A DNA stretch of 64,000 bases, taken from the human T2T-CHM13v2.0 reference genome, Homo sapiens. The position numbers and the translations under genes were made by a program. Where the stretch lies: assembly GCF_009914755.1 (NCBI RefSeq), contig NC_060932.1. The stretch is one strand, 5' to 3'. The notes under the pieces were generated by a model. The model had not been told where the DNA came from and made no database searches. It worked only from the letters and a program-made list of their open reading frames with translations. Below are positions 43,568-56,926 of this stretch, piece after piece (positions within the stretch are counted from its first letter, which is position 1; the number at the start of each line of letters is the position of its first letter).

Positions 43568-44645
43568 TATCTCAGGATCATTGAGGGGCCCAAGAAAGAG
43601 CACTCCTTTTTATCACTCAGGTTCTGAACTGATTGACTAAGATATGGAGACCAAATGCCACCTTTATTATTGACGATCAGTGGAGGCTGCAGCACAGAGC
43701 CCAAACGGCTTGCGTATTTCCCATCCACAGTCTTGTCTTCACAAGGTAAATTTTGTTCTGCAGAGCAGTCCACACTTTCTCAAGTCACTGCTGCCTACAG
43801 GTCTGGGTGGAGAAGGAAAGACAAAGGGACCAGTGACCCTCACTCACCACCTTTGATGAATTGTCTCCTCCCTATTGAGAAATATGGACCAATGACTGTT
43901 GTACATGGACTGGGAAATCCATTCCACCTCTATGGGGAGGGTAAGTGGCAAGAAGCCAGAAATAGTTGGGGAAAAATTGGTTCTCATGACAGAAGATGTA
44001 GGGAAGTTGCACTTCCCCTTACCACATCAGAGGAAGGTACAAGCCCAGTTGTGGGTTTAGGGGATGAGTTGGGGGTTCCCTTCTGTCAGTGCTGAGTGTT
44101 GACAGCAGTTCTGATCTTTGATCTCTAACATGCAATAAAGGTGTCCTGCTGGGAAGGTGATCAAAGATGTTCTGGCTAGTTTCTCCTTACTGGTAATTTG
44201 TATAGAAGCACACACCTCGGCTGCAAATAAAAATAATTCCTGGCCAGTTATTTCTCAGTCAGTTTGAACCTGTGATGGAATTTCCCCACCAATGGTTTGC
44301 AGTAAGTGGCAGAAGGGAGGACACCAGCTGTTGATTAGACCTCAGGTGACAGAGAAAGCTGGCATCGGCTGCAAGCACCACAGCCTTGGTTGGCATTCTA
44401 TGCAAGCAGGGAACTAGGGCATGAAGATTGACAAGCATCATCCAAGGAGCAGGCAGTTCCAGAGAAACAATTCATCTTTGTTCTTTTTCTTTTGCAGAGA
44501 GATCTTCATGGTAGCTTTTTAAGGCCAAGCACTAGAGCTGTTTCCTTGGTTACAAAGGCTTACTTACTAGGGCAAAGGTGGGGTGCAGGTGGCACCTGTA
44601 GATATTCACAATGGCAAATTGCAAGTGTATGCATATTATATATAA

Positions 44646-45044
44646 TGTCTTAGGGCTGCCAGCAAATTACCACAAACTGAGTGGCTTAAAACAGCAGACA
44701 AAGTCAAGGTGTTGGCAGGGCCATGATCTTTCTGAAGGTTCTAGCGAATTCTTCTTGCCTCTTCTTAGCTTCCTGTGGTGGCTGCAGATCCTTGGTGTTC
44801 CTCGGCTTGTAGATACAGCACTCCAATCTCTGCCTCCATCTTCACATGGCCATCTCCTCTGTGTCTCTGTGTTCAAATTTTTATCTTCTTATAAGTACAT
44901 CAATCATTGGATTAGGACTCATCTTAATCCAGCATGACTTCATCTTAACTTGATTATATCTGCAAAGACCCTATTTTCAAATGAGGTCACATTCACAGAT
45001 TCTAGGTGTACATGAATTATGGGGCGACCCTATTCATCATAGCA
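44646..45044 (-). mobile_element. MLT1B-type solo LTR
   Basis: agggctgccagcaaattaccacaaactgagtggcttaaaac...gaggtcacattcacag. Confidence 0.85.
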
Positions 45045-45454
45045 TAGTGCATATTTTGAGCTTTGCACACTTCCAGTACTCTCCACCTCCCCTATTACTG
45101 CCTTAACTTAAGCTCCATGAACTCTCCAGTGCTATAAGAGTCTTTAAATGCTTTCATATCCTTTATTGTATCTGATTCTATCAACAACTCAAAACTACAT
45201 TATTTTTCACATTGTCTGAAAGAAACTGAGGCTCAGAGAGGCAAAGTCACTCTCAGAAGGCCACACAGCTTGTGTGTGGCAGGAACAAGTTTATCTGGTG
45301 CTGTGCTCATGCCATACAGCACCTGTAACTTTGAGCTAAAAAAGCAGCATAATTCTTTCATTGCCTCCCAAACCTCTTTTACTAATGAAAGAAAAAGCCT
45401 TTCTATTTTATAACTCAGAGTTGTTTGGCAGTGTTTCCTTTGCAGAGAACCATC

Positions 45455-45905
45455 AATTAATCAATCATCCAATCTGTGAAATAATATTTACCATGTACTG
45501 TGTTTGAGGGAGCGTGCTAGCCCCTGAGGACAGAGTGGTGAGTAAGAGACACATTTTTAACCTCATGGAGTCTACAGTCTAGCAGTAAAGGAGTCATACA
45601 TGCAAACAAATATGCAGATCAATAGGTACTTGCAAATTGTGATGGTTATTGGGGAGAAGTGACAGCATAGAAATCTAGTTTAGACAGGGGATGGGGTCAC
45701 TAAAGACTCTGGAAATGTGATGTTGAAACAGAGATCTGAGGGATGAATGGATTTTGCCAGGTGAAGAGAGGCATGGAATGTTCCAGTCAGGGCAAACTGC
45801 CAAGTGTGGGAAGAGCTTGGTGGTTTGAGGGCTGGAGCTTGTAGGGCAAGAACGGAATAAGGAAGACAGAAGAGGAGTAATTTTAGATGTACAGCTGAGG
45901 GACGA
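45455..45905 (-). mobile_element. L2 3' end
   Basis: aatcaatcatcc...cctcatggagtctacagtctag...gttgaaacagagatctgaggga. Confidence 0.7.
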
Positions 45906-46458
45906 TGAGGGCTTGGGTATTGGGAAAGGAGATGCAAAAAAGGGGTGGGGCTTGAGAGCTATTGGAGAAGGAACCACAAGGGTGAAGGTGCTTCCCTGTC
46001 TCCTGGCACAGAGATGCAGGCTTCCGACCAGTGTGGTGACTTCCCTTTCCATCCATGGCTCAATTTACCATACTCATGCCTCCCAAATGGTTTCAGACGG
46101 GAGTGTCCTGCATCCTGCCCACAGCTTTGGGGACCTGTTCATGATCATGCAGTGACTCTATAGTCTGCTGACTGAGGTCACTGTCTGAGTTAGCCATCGG
46201 GGATCATGACTGCTGTCACATGAAACCAGTTGGAGCCACAGCCTCCAAACCCAGTGCAGCCCATCTATGTTTCATTCATTCCTAAACATGAACGGATTTC
46301 ACATAGATGTTTTCATCAGGTTGAAAAGCTCTCCCGTCCTGGTGAAAAGAGAGGGCATGGAGAAGAAGCCATCTGTTTCTTAGCCAGACACAACATGGCT
46401 TGGGCTATGTAGATATTTCTACATAGGTATTCCAACTGTAGGTAGGTCAACCTGGGTA

Positions 46459-46588
46459 CAATTGGCCCTTGAACAATGTAGGGGGTTAGGGCGCTGGCCC
46501 CTCGTGCAGTCAAAATTCTCCATATGACTTTTGATTTCCCCCAAATTTAACTACTAGTAGCCTGTGGATGACCTAAAGCCTTACCAAT
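46459..46588 (+). mobile_element. Tigger2a terminal fragment (130 bp)
   Basis: TA then caattggcccttgaacaat; about 89% identical to 48042-48171 by manual alignment. Confidence 0.85.
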
Positions 46589-47027
46589 GCCTCTGATGGG
46601 ACTTCTTGGTGGCCCTTTGGGCCTGCCCACTGAGCAACAGGGGAAATCAGTGTGTCTTCTGACTGGGATCAGTTCAGGACTTTGCAGGTGAGTGATTATG
46701 AAAACCCAGGAATTTTTAGAAATGAGAGAAAAGGACCAAGAAGATCTTTGAAGTTTAATATATATTTTCTGCTAGTGTCTTAATCCAAGAGGCCATGACT
46801 AGTAGTGCGTCTGTATATGTGTGTTTATGTGTGTCTGAGTGTGTCTACCTATGTGTGAATGGGGATGGAAGCCGAGAGTAAGAAGCCATCACCTTTAGAG
46901 CTTTCCTGAAATATCCCTGCTGAGAATTGGATGCAGAGACAGTAATCTTTGTTGAGCACCTGCTATGCTCCAGGCACTCTGTGGGGCATGCTCATCCATA
47001 TTATATTTTGGATTTTTTCTGGATCCT

Positions 47028-47356
47028 TGATATAGTTTGAATGTTTGTCTTTTCCAAACCTCAGTTGAAATTTGCTCCACAGTGTTGGAGTTGGGCCCTT
47101 GTGGGAGATGTTTGGGACATGGGGGTGGATCCCTCATGAACTGATTAATGCTCTCCCTCAGGATGAGTGAGTTCTTGCTCTACTAGTCCCTGTGAAAACT
47201 GATTGTTAAAAAGAGCCTGACATTTCCATCCCACCCTCTCTCTTGCTTCCTCTCAAATTTCCAGCCATCAAAATTGTGAGCCAAATAAACCTTTTTTCTT
47301 TGTATTTTATCCAGCCCCAGGTATTTCTTTATAGCAACACAAAATGGACTAAGACA
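47028..47356 (+). mobile_element. MSTD-type solo LTR inside a MIR
   Basis: tgatatagtttgaatgtttgtc...aaatggactaagaca; flanks atcct/atccg. Confidence 0.85.
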
Positions 47357-47609
47357 ATCCGTATGCAGCCCAATGAAGGAGGAAATAGGATTCTATTTTA
47401 CAGATGGGGAAACTGAGGTTGAATGAGTTGAAGTGGGTTGCACTCTGCGCTCACCTCAGTCACTGCTCTCTTGCTGTGCTGTAATGCCTGCTGCGGTTGC
47501 TCACCTGCCTTCTGCACCAGGCTTCTGGCCCTTGAGGGACCTTTTTCTTTGTGTTCCCAGTGGCTCTAACCCTGTGCCTGGCACATAGTGGATACTTGCT
47601 GCATTTTTA

Positions 47610-48010
47610 AAGTGGATATTTTGTTGAAGTTTGGTGAATTCAGAAAAGTGCACAGATCATAAGTATACAGCTTAATGAATTTTTACAAAGGAACATGCCC
47701 TGTAACCAGTACCCAGATAAAGAAGAACCACTATTGTTTTAGAAGCCTCCATAAAGCCCTACTCCAGTCACCAACTCCTCCCTTTATCCTGCCAATGGTA
47801 ACCAGTATCCTGACCTTTAACCCCATAGATTAGTGTTGCTTTTTTCAAACTTTGTATGGATAAAATGATGTATACATTCTATATTATGTTTGCTTGTTTA
47901 TTTTCTCTACTGTAGAGTATTTCATTCTATATATAAACTATAATATATTTGTCCATTCTACTCATTTGGGTTGTTTCTAATTTCTGGTTATTATAAATAG
48001 GGCTGATATA
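47610..48010 (-). mobile_element. L1ME 3' end
   Basis: cagaaaagtgcacagatcataagtatacagcttaatgaatttt...tgtaaccagtacccagat. Confidence 0.75.
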
Positions 48011-48041
48011 TGTATATTACACAGATGTATCTACCTACCTA

Positions 48042-48480
48042 CTATTGACCCTTGAACAATGTAGGAGGTTAGGGCACTGGCCCCTTGTGCAGTCAAAAAT
48101 CTTCATATAACTTTTGACTTTCCCAAAATTTAACTACTAGTAGCCTGTGGATGACTGAAAGCCTTGCCAATAACATAAGCAGTTGAGTAACACCTAGTTT
48201 TATATGTTATATATATATTATATACTGTATTATTACAATACAGGAAGCTAGAGAAAATATTATTAAGAAAATCGTAAGACAGAGAACATATATTTCCTAT
48301 TCATTAAGTGGAGGTGGATCATCATGGAAGTCTTCATCCTTGTCTTCACATTGAGTAGGCTGAGGAGGAAGAGGAGGAGGAAGAGGATGTGTTGGTCTTG
48401 CTATCTTGGGATGGCATGGGCAGAAGAAAATCCACATATAAGTGAATCTACCCAGTTCAAACCCATGTTTTAAAAGGTAT
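48042..48480 (+). mobile_element. Tigger2a (MER28-like), near full length
   Basis: ttgacccttgaacaat start; cagttcaaacccatgtt end. Confidence 0.82.
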
Positions 48481-48585
48481 ATATATATTCTAATAGAGGT
48501 CTTTAGGTCAAAATGCACAATAAATATTTGAAGAAAGAATAATGATTTGCTGCTTAAGGAAATCACTCATAAAGTGTTTTATAAG

Positions 48586-50857
48586 TGATATGATTTGGCT
48601 GTGTCCCATCCAAATCTCATCTTGAATTTTCATGTGTTGTGGGAGGGACCTGGTTGGAACTAATTGTATCACAGGGACGGGTCTTTCTCGTGCTGCTCTG
48701 TGATAGTGAATAAGTCTCACAAGATCTGGTAGTTTTAAAAAAAGGAGTTCCCCTGCACAAGCTCTCTCTCTTTGCCTGCTGCCATCCATGTAAGACGTGA
48801 CTTGCTCTTCCTTGCCTTCTGCCATATTGTGAGGCTTCCCCAGCCACATGGAACTGTAAGTCCAATAAACCTCTTTCTTTTGTAAATTGCCCAGTCTTGG
48901 GTATGTCTTTATCAGCAGCATGAAAACAGACTAATACAGTAAATTGTTACCAGTAGAGTGGAGCACTGCTGAAAAGATACTTGAAAATGTGGAAGCAACT
49001 TTGGAACTGGGTAACAGGCAGAGGTTGGAACAGTTTGGAGAGCTCAGAAGAAGACAGGAAAATGTGGGAAAGTTTGCAACTTCCTAGAGATTTGTTGAAT
49101 GGCTTTACCCAAAATGCTGATAGTAATATGGATAATAAAGTCCAGGCTGAGGTGGTCTCAGATAGAGATGAGGAACTTGTTTGGAACTGGAGTAAAGGTG
49201 ATTCTTGGTATGTTTTAGCAAAGAGACTGGTGGCATTTTGCCTCTGCCCTAGAAATTTGTGGAACTTTGTACTTGAGAGAGATGATTTAGGGTATTTAGA
49301 GAAAGAAATTTCTAAGCAGCAAAGCATTCAGGAGGTGACTTGGGTGCTGTTAAAGGCATTCCATTTTATATGGAAAGCAGAGCATAAAAGTTTGGAAAAT
49401 TTGCAGCCTGACAATGTGAAAGAAAAGAAAATTTAATTTTCTGAGGAGGAATCTAAATTGGCTGTAGAAACTTGCATAAGTAACGAGGAGCTGAATGTTA
49501 ATCCCCAAGACAATGGGAAAAATGCCTCTAGGGCATGTCAGAGTTCTTCACAGCAGCCCCTGTCATATCACAGGCCCAAAGGTCTAGGAGGAAAAAGTGG
49601 TTTCTGGGGCTGGGCCCAGGGTTCCTGCTCCGTGTGCAGTCTAGGAACTTGGTGCCCTGTGTCCCAGGTGCTCCCAGGGGCCAATGTAGAGCTTGGGCTA
49701 TGGCTTCAGAGGGTGCAAGCCTCAAACCTTGGCAGCTTCCACGTGGTGTTAAGCCTGTGAATGCACAGAAGTCAAGAAGTGAGGTTTGGGAACCTCTGCC
49801 TAGATTTCAGAAGATGTATGGATGTCCAGGCAGAAGTTTGTTGCAGGGGTGGGGCCCTCAGGGAGAATCTCTGCTAGGGCAGTGCAGAAAGAAAATGTGG
49901 GGTCAGAGCCCCCACACAGAGTCCCTACTGGGGCACTGCCTAGTGGAGATGTGAGAAGAGGGCCACCATCTTTCAGACCCCAGAATGGTAGATCCACTGA
50001 CAGCTTGCACCGTGTGCCTGGAAAAGCTGCAGACACTCAATGCCAGCCTGTGAAAGCAGCCAGGAGGGAGGCTGTACCCTGAAAAGCCACATGGGTGGAG
50101 CTGCCCAAGACCATGTGAACCCACCTCTTGCATCAGTGTGACCTGGATGTGAGACCTGGAGTCAAAGGAGATCATTTCAGAGTTCTAAGATTTGACTGCC
50201 CTGCTGGATTTCAGACTTGCATGGGTCCTGTAGCCCCTTTGTTTTGGCTAATTTCTGCCATTTGGAATGGCTGTATTTACCCAATGCCTGTATCCCCATT
50301 GTATCTGGGAAGTAACTAACTTGCTTTTAATTTTACAGGATCATAGGCGGAAGAGACTTACTTTGTCTTAGATGAGATTTTGGTCTGTGGACTTTTGATT
50401 TAATGCTGAAATGAGTTAAGACTTTGGGGGACTGATGGGAAGGCATGATTGGTTTTGAAATGTGAGGACATGAGATTTGGGTGGGACCAGGGGCAGAATG
50501 ATGTGGTTTGGCTATGTCCCCTCTCAAATCTCATCTTGAATTTCCTCGTGTTGTGGGAGGGACCTGGTGGGAGGTAATGGAATCATGGGGACAGGGCTTT
50601 TCCATGCTGTTCTCATGATAGTAAATAAGTCTCATGAGCTCTAATAGTTTTAAAAAGAGGAGTTCCCCTGCACAAGCTCTCTCTCTTTTCCTGCTTCCAT
50701 CCATGTAAGACGTGACTTGCTCTTCCTTGCCTTCTGCCATGACTGTGAGTCTCCCCCAGCCACGTGGAACTGTGAGTCCTATTAAACCTCTTTCTTTTGT
50801 AAATTGCTCCCAGTCTTGGGTATGTCTTTATCAGCAGCATGAAAACAGACTAATACA
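48586..50857 (+). mobile_element. Complete THE1B-type MaLR provirus (LTR 48586-48938, internal 48939-50498, LTR 50499-50857)
   Basis: Two similar tga...ctaataca LTRs; internal ORF remnants (WKQLWNWVTGRGW); purine tract ggggcagaa before the 3' LTR; flanks ataag/atgag. Confidence 0.95.
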
Positions 50858-51639
50858 ATGAGTGAGGCCCCCAAATCCTTTATATAGATGAAGTTCATGG
50901 GAGTTTGGGAGAGAGGGAGGAGATGTAGGCAGTTCCCAGGAAGGGGTCCTTCAATGAGCAAGTCTGCAGGGAAAGGATATCCTGGAAAGGCAGGAGTGCA
51001 GTGGAGGACAGGGCTGGGGGGAAGCTGGAGGCTTGCATGGCCAACACCAAGTTTAGTCTTCATATGATGGGCAGGAGGGATTGTGGATGGCTTTGGAGCT
51101 GAAGAGCATGATTCATTTTCTTTCATTTACCTTTTTAAAAATAGAAATTAGATTGTCTGTTGTTGCTAGAGTGATTTGGGGGAAAATGACAGAAGTCAGG
51201 GAGCCAGGGTAAGAGGCAGCTGCACCTGTTCACTTGTGTGTTAATGACATTGTTAGTGGGATGGAGGAGACCTGCTGAGCACAACGTTGGGAAGAAAATC
51301 TTCAAACACCAGTTACAAAAAGGGAGGCCAGGAAAAGTCATTTGTAAATGTGACTGTAAGGGTTTGAGCTTGTAAAAAAATGGGTCCAGGGCAGGTGGGT
51401 TAGTAAATTTAGGGAAGTGAGAGAAGTTTGGGGACTGCCACCTATGGTTTCTATTTCCTCAGTGACATTGAGATGAGGTTATCAATCAGCTGAGGGTGAG
51501 CAGGGAAGTTCAGTGGAGTAGGAGAAATGAAGAGGCAGAATCAAGTATAAAATAATGGATTCTGAATAAAACACGAAGAATTATATGTACCTAGGTAAAA
51601 GATTGGGAACCCCTGGAATAAATCCTTGTTGTTTGCAAT

Positions 51640-52195
51640 CATTAGTAAACAAAATATTGCCTTTCTTTTTAATCTTTCCAATCTGTCATTTGCAGCATTT
51701 TTAATGTGAAATTTATTGGTTCCTTTCTATCCTGACTGTTTGAAGTGTGAATGTTAGCTGGTTTACCTGCTGTGTCTGTTTTACTGTTCTTTTCAAATAA
51801 TCAGCTTTTGGCTCTTTTTTTTCTCTGTTTTGTATTTTTGTTTCCAATTTACTAACTTTTCCTCTTGTCTTTAGTATGTATTTTCCTCTACTTCTGTGGA
51901 TTTATTTTGTTGTTAGTTCCCTAAATGTTTGCAAGCTTATCTCATTAATTTTCAATCTTCCCTCTTTTCTAATGTAATATTAAAGGCTATAGTTTCCCTC
52001 TAAGTACCACTTTAGGTGAATTCTGCAAGCTCGATGCAGTGTTTTTGCTGTCATTTAGTTCTAAACGTTTTCTGATTTACATTTTGATTTATTCTTTGAT
52101 CTTTGAAATCTTTAGAAGTGTAACTAAACATTTCTGAATATGATTTTCTTTTGCTATTGTTTTTAAGTTAGCTGCATCGTGCTTGAGAGTGCTTG
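51640..52195 (-). mobile_element. Old L1M ORF2 fragment
   Basis: T-rich; aaggctatagtttccctctaagtaccacttt resembles the antisense ORF2 seen near 11540. Confidence 0.6.
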
Positions 52196-52255
52196 GTCAG
52201 TAGGATTGTCTCTCTTTTTGAGATGTTAGGAAACATTGATGACCACCATCCAGAT

Positions 52256-52470
52256 CAGAGGTCAGCAAACTGTGGTGGCCCATTAGCCAAATCCTGACCA
52301 CTGCCCGTTTTTGTAAGTAAAGCTTTATTGGAATGCAGCCATACATATTCATTTGTGTATTGTTTATGGCTTCTTTTGAGCAGAGGTGAGTAGTTGCCAC
52401 AAAGACCATTTAGGCCTGTGAAGCCTAAAATACTATCTGGCCTTTAACAAAAACCTTGTCAAATCTTGGA
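52256..52470 (+). mobile_element. MER58A
   Basis: cagaggtcagcaaact...gtttttgtaagtaaagctttattggaa...aagcctaaaatactatctggcc. Confidence 0.8.
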
Positions 52471-52692
52471 CTGGATCTGTCATTGTAGTAGGGTTGCAAA
52501 ATGGTGATTCTATATTCCTTCTATATTCCAGTTCTATAACCTTTCTTCATTTAATAGATGGGATCATTTAATAATAAGATATTTTCCCTATTAATTATTT
52601 GGTTACCCTTAGGTATTGTTTGCACGAGAAAGGCAGGATGGATGCTTGAGTTTTTCCTTTTTCTTACTAGCTTTCTAAAAATAGAAGTTGAT

Positions 52693-53319
<627 letters not shown>

Positions 53320-53349
53320 AAATATGACCGTTTAAAATTACCATTATAG

Positions 53350-53450
53350 GACTTGGCATGCTGGTTCACGCTGTAATCTCAGGGGTTTGGGGAGGCTGAG
53401 GTGCGAAGATCGCTTGAGGCCAGGAGTTTGAGACCAACCTGGGCAACATA
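53350..53450 (+). mobile_element. FLAM/AluJ left-arm fragment
   Basis: gatcgcttgaggccaggagtttgagaccaacctgggcaacata. Confidence 0.8.
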
Positions 53451-53629
53451 TTTTTATTATGAAAATAAATAATTTTATCTTATTTAAAGTAAAATGAAAA
53501 ATTATTTTTATTTTATTTTATTTAAAAATAAATACCATTATCACTATGATATATTTGAGATGTCACTTAATTGCAGTTTTGCTTACATGTTTGCTAATAG
53601 AGTTTATGTTTTGATATTGCAAATGTATT

Positions 53630-54430
53630 TTCTAGTTTCCATCCATTGCAATTATCCTTACTGATGCATTTTCAAATTGTCCCAACTTTGGCCTGTGGAA
53701 GCCTCTTCAAGTGGGATCCTGAATCCTTTTGATGTGACCCCTGTAATCTTTGATAACATTTTTGCTTTCTGGCATAATGTGTTCCAGGCTCATCTTCTAT
53801 ATTTCTTTCCCCAAACCTGGTAACCATTTTGTCTTTAACTGGAGAATTTAGTCCACATTTACTCTGGGTTCCGATCTATTTGGATTTAGTCCTATCACTT
53901 CACTTTTCTATTTGCATTGTTAATGCTTTTTTTCTAAATCCCTGTCCCTGTCTTTTAGTTTGATTGCCTTTTCTTTAGTCTTCCCTTTCTCCTCTAACCA
54001 TTTGGAAGTTATTTTGTGTTTTTAATATTTTAGTGTTTACCCTTAATTTTAACGTGCACCTTAACTAAACATATACTTAAGTTATGTTATATGTCTGGAC
54101 TCCTCCTGAAAAATGCAAGGACCTTGAGCTGCTTTAACCCTGGGATTCTCTCCTTTTGTCTCATGTGTTATTGTTGTCTACTATTTACTTTTGACTTTGT
54201 TTTTATTTCAAATTAATCAACAGGGTTTAATTGATTAATTGATTTATTACTGACTTGCAAATGCTGGATTGGATGTGCCCACTTTTTAAAGTTCAATTTC
54301 CTTGTTTTCTATTCTTTCTAGACCCTTTGTTTTGATTTTAATTTCCTTCTAGAAGAAACACATATGTTAGCAATTTTTTTTCAGTGACAATCTGTTAGTG
54401 GTAAATTCTTTCAGGTTCCTCCCTTTTAAA
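53630..54430 (-). mobile_element. Old L1MC/ME fragments
   Basis: aaattgtcccaactttggcc...gcctcttcaagt...ttccaggctcatctt; T-rich body. Confidence 0.55.
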
Positions 54431-54914
54431 AAAGTCTTTAGCTCGGCCTCAGGTCTCCACCTGTCTTCTGTTAGCCTCATCCTCTCTGCACCTACTGGCA
54501 AAGATGTCTGCAAACTTGCATTGTCTTCACAGCTGATGATTGCAGAACACCTGTTTCCTGATTATTTTTCTGACCAGGCTTTGATTACTTGGCTCAAGTC
54601 ACAAGCTTATCTCTCAACCCATCACTTAGCCCGAGATGGAAATGTCCCGGTTGGCCACAGCTAGGTGACCTGTCTTCTGAAGCCTAGGGATGAGGGTAGT
54701 GCCATCAGAACAACATGGCTGAGCGTGATGGAGAGGTGGCCCTCCAAGGAGCTGCTGGGGTGACCACAACATCTGCCCACTGGGATGATCACATCAGATA
54801 CGGCTAACATAACAGGGCAATAGTTTTGTTGCAAGTGTCTTCCCTAAAAGTAAATGAACAGTTTAGTATTGAGTTAGACAAGCATTGGAATCCACAAAAA
54901 AAGAACACCAAAGT

Positions 54915-55434
54915 GTGAATTCCGTGCCCATTCCCTGCTACCTCCCCAGTCATCCATCCAAGTGGAGGAAGCCCATGAGGGTTTGAGACAGCAGGTGGCT
55001 CCACTTCTTGAACATCAGGAGAGAACATGCAGGAGAGAACCTTCAGGGAGGAGTCCAGTCAGCTGACTACCGTGGGCCCTCGGAATGCACTGCAGTGTTG
55101 GAGCAGCAGCCAAGAGTGAGCACGGAGTGATCCCTAGGGCTGGCCATTTCTACCCAGTGATGGTTTCCTTTCCAGGCCATCTTTGTCCTAGGGCACCTCA
55201 CTGGGCTGAGTATACCTTCTCACAGATGCACTGCAGTTTGAGGCTCTTCTTACCTGATTTTCTTTCTTCTCCTCTCTGCCTTAATAGATGTCACACCTGA
55301 GGCGTGGGCTGAAGTCTCCTTCTACCTACATCTGCTCTTTCTACCCTTTAACTCAAGCTACTTTTCCCTCCAATAAATCTCTCACACTGCTAACTCTGTT
55401 TTGGTGTCTCCTTCCTGGAGGACCTGAACTGACA
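54915..55434 (+). mobile_element. LTR16-like ERVL LTR
   Basis: caataaatctc...ttggtgtctccttcctggaggacctgaactgaca 3' end. Confidence 0.6.
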
Positions 55435-55639
55435 TAGGACCTCTCTTAGCAGCCGCCCATTTTCTTCCTTTTCCTTTCTCTTTTTTCCTCTTTTTAAAAG
55501 TCCTTGCCTTTACTCCATTTTTTCACTCTCTGTTCTTCCTTTTCTACCTATGAATTACACAAAATGCAATAACTGATCTTATGAGAGGAGAGACGTATGG
55601 CTCAATGCATGCTAAAAAATTTCCTCTTGAAAGTTGTTA

Positions 55640-56083
55640 TTATTCAATATTCTCTAGAGAAACAGAACCATTAGGGTGTGTGTGTGTGTGTGTGTGTGTG
55701 GAGAGAGAGAGAGAGAGAAAGTGAGAGAAAGATGTATTTTAAGGAACTGGTTCATGCAACCATAAAAGCTAGCAAGTTCAAAATCTGCAGAATAAATGAG
55801 CAGGCTGGAGATACAGGGAAGCGCTGAGGTTGCAGCTGAAGTCTGAAGGCAGCCTGAAGGTAAAACCCTCTCTTTCTTGGGGGAATCCTCAATCTGTTTT
55901 CTTTTAATGCCTCCCACTGATTGGGTGAGGCCCACTCACATGATAAAGGGTAATGTACCGGAGTCTACTGATTTAAATGTTCATTTCATCTAAAAATAAC
56001 TTTACAGCAACATTCATACTGGTGTTTGACCAAAAGTCTGGATACCATGGTCTAGCAAGGTTGGTATATAGAATTAACTATCA
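55640..56083 (-). mobile_element. MLT2 (B/D-like) LTR with (TG)n(AG)n
   Basis: ttctctagagaaacagaacca; tttaaggaactggttcatg; gtctactgatttaaatgtt. Confidence 0.85.
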
Positions 56084-56757
56084 TGGAGGCTTGGAGGTCT
56101 CTCGTAGAGCAGGAGCACAGTCAGACTTGGAGTAGAGGGGCAGTAGAAATGCAGAGAGTGGGGGGACATTCAAGGCACCTCTGCAGGGTCCTGGAAAGAG
56201 TGGGGTGTGGGGGCCTTGGAGGTGGGGGTGAGTGGGCTGTTCTCTCCAATCTCATCTGACTTCTGTTTTCTCTTGGTGGGAGTCATTGTGAGAACAGTGA
56301 CTATGGGATCTGTCTTTGTGGCTGTGGTAAGAGCAGCACCAATGGATGGTCAGGAAGAGGCCAAACTGGAGCTTCAGATGCCAACAGGCCTTTTCACTGC
56401 CAATTAGAGAAATTCTTGAAATGAGGCTTGACACCATCACACCCAGAGCTGATGTGCAATTGGGTACTTGGGTTGGCAGGGAGCAAAGAGGTGATTTCCA
56501 AGGTCAAGGGAGGTCGGTGAAGATCCAGATACTTTCACTCAGGTCAACAGCCTGAGATTTCTTCACAGACCCACTGTTCTAACCCAACTGCTGTGGAACA
56601 TGGACAGACAGCTGGGAAGGCACCAGAGTCTGTGATGGGGGGCCTCCAGTTTGTGATAGTCCTTGCGAGCAAAACACCATCAGCCCATCCCTCCAGGAGG
56701 CTGGGTAGCTCATGGCATCTGGAGAGCTGAGCATTGCAAGAATAATTCTACAGTTAC

Positions 56758-56926
56758 TTTTTTTTTTTTTTTAAAGAGACAGGGTCTTGCTCTGTTGCCC
56801 AGGCTAGAATTCAATGGCACAATCATAGCTCACTATAACCTCAAACTCCTGATGTCAAGCAATCCTTCTGCCTCAGCCTCCCAAAGTGCTAGGATTACAG
56901 GCCTGAGCCACAGCATCTCACCTGGC
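56758..56926 (-). mobile_element. FRAM/FLAM-type Alu monomer
   Basis: TSD acag(t/c)tactt. Confidence 0.85.

Noticed and set aside
48947-50319. Dense ORF cluster on both strands
   Set aside because: THE1 internal region remnants with stops and frameshifts
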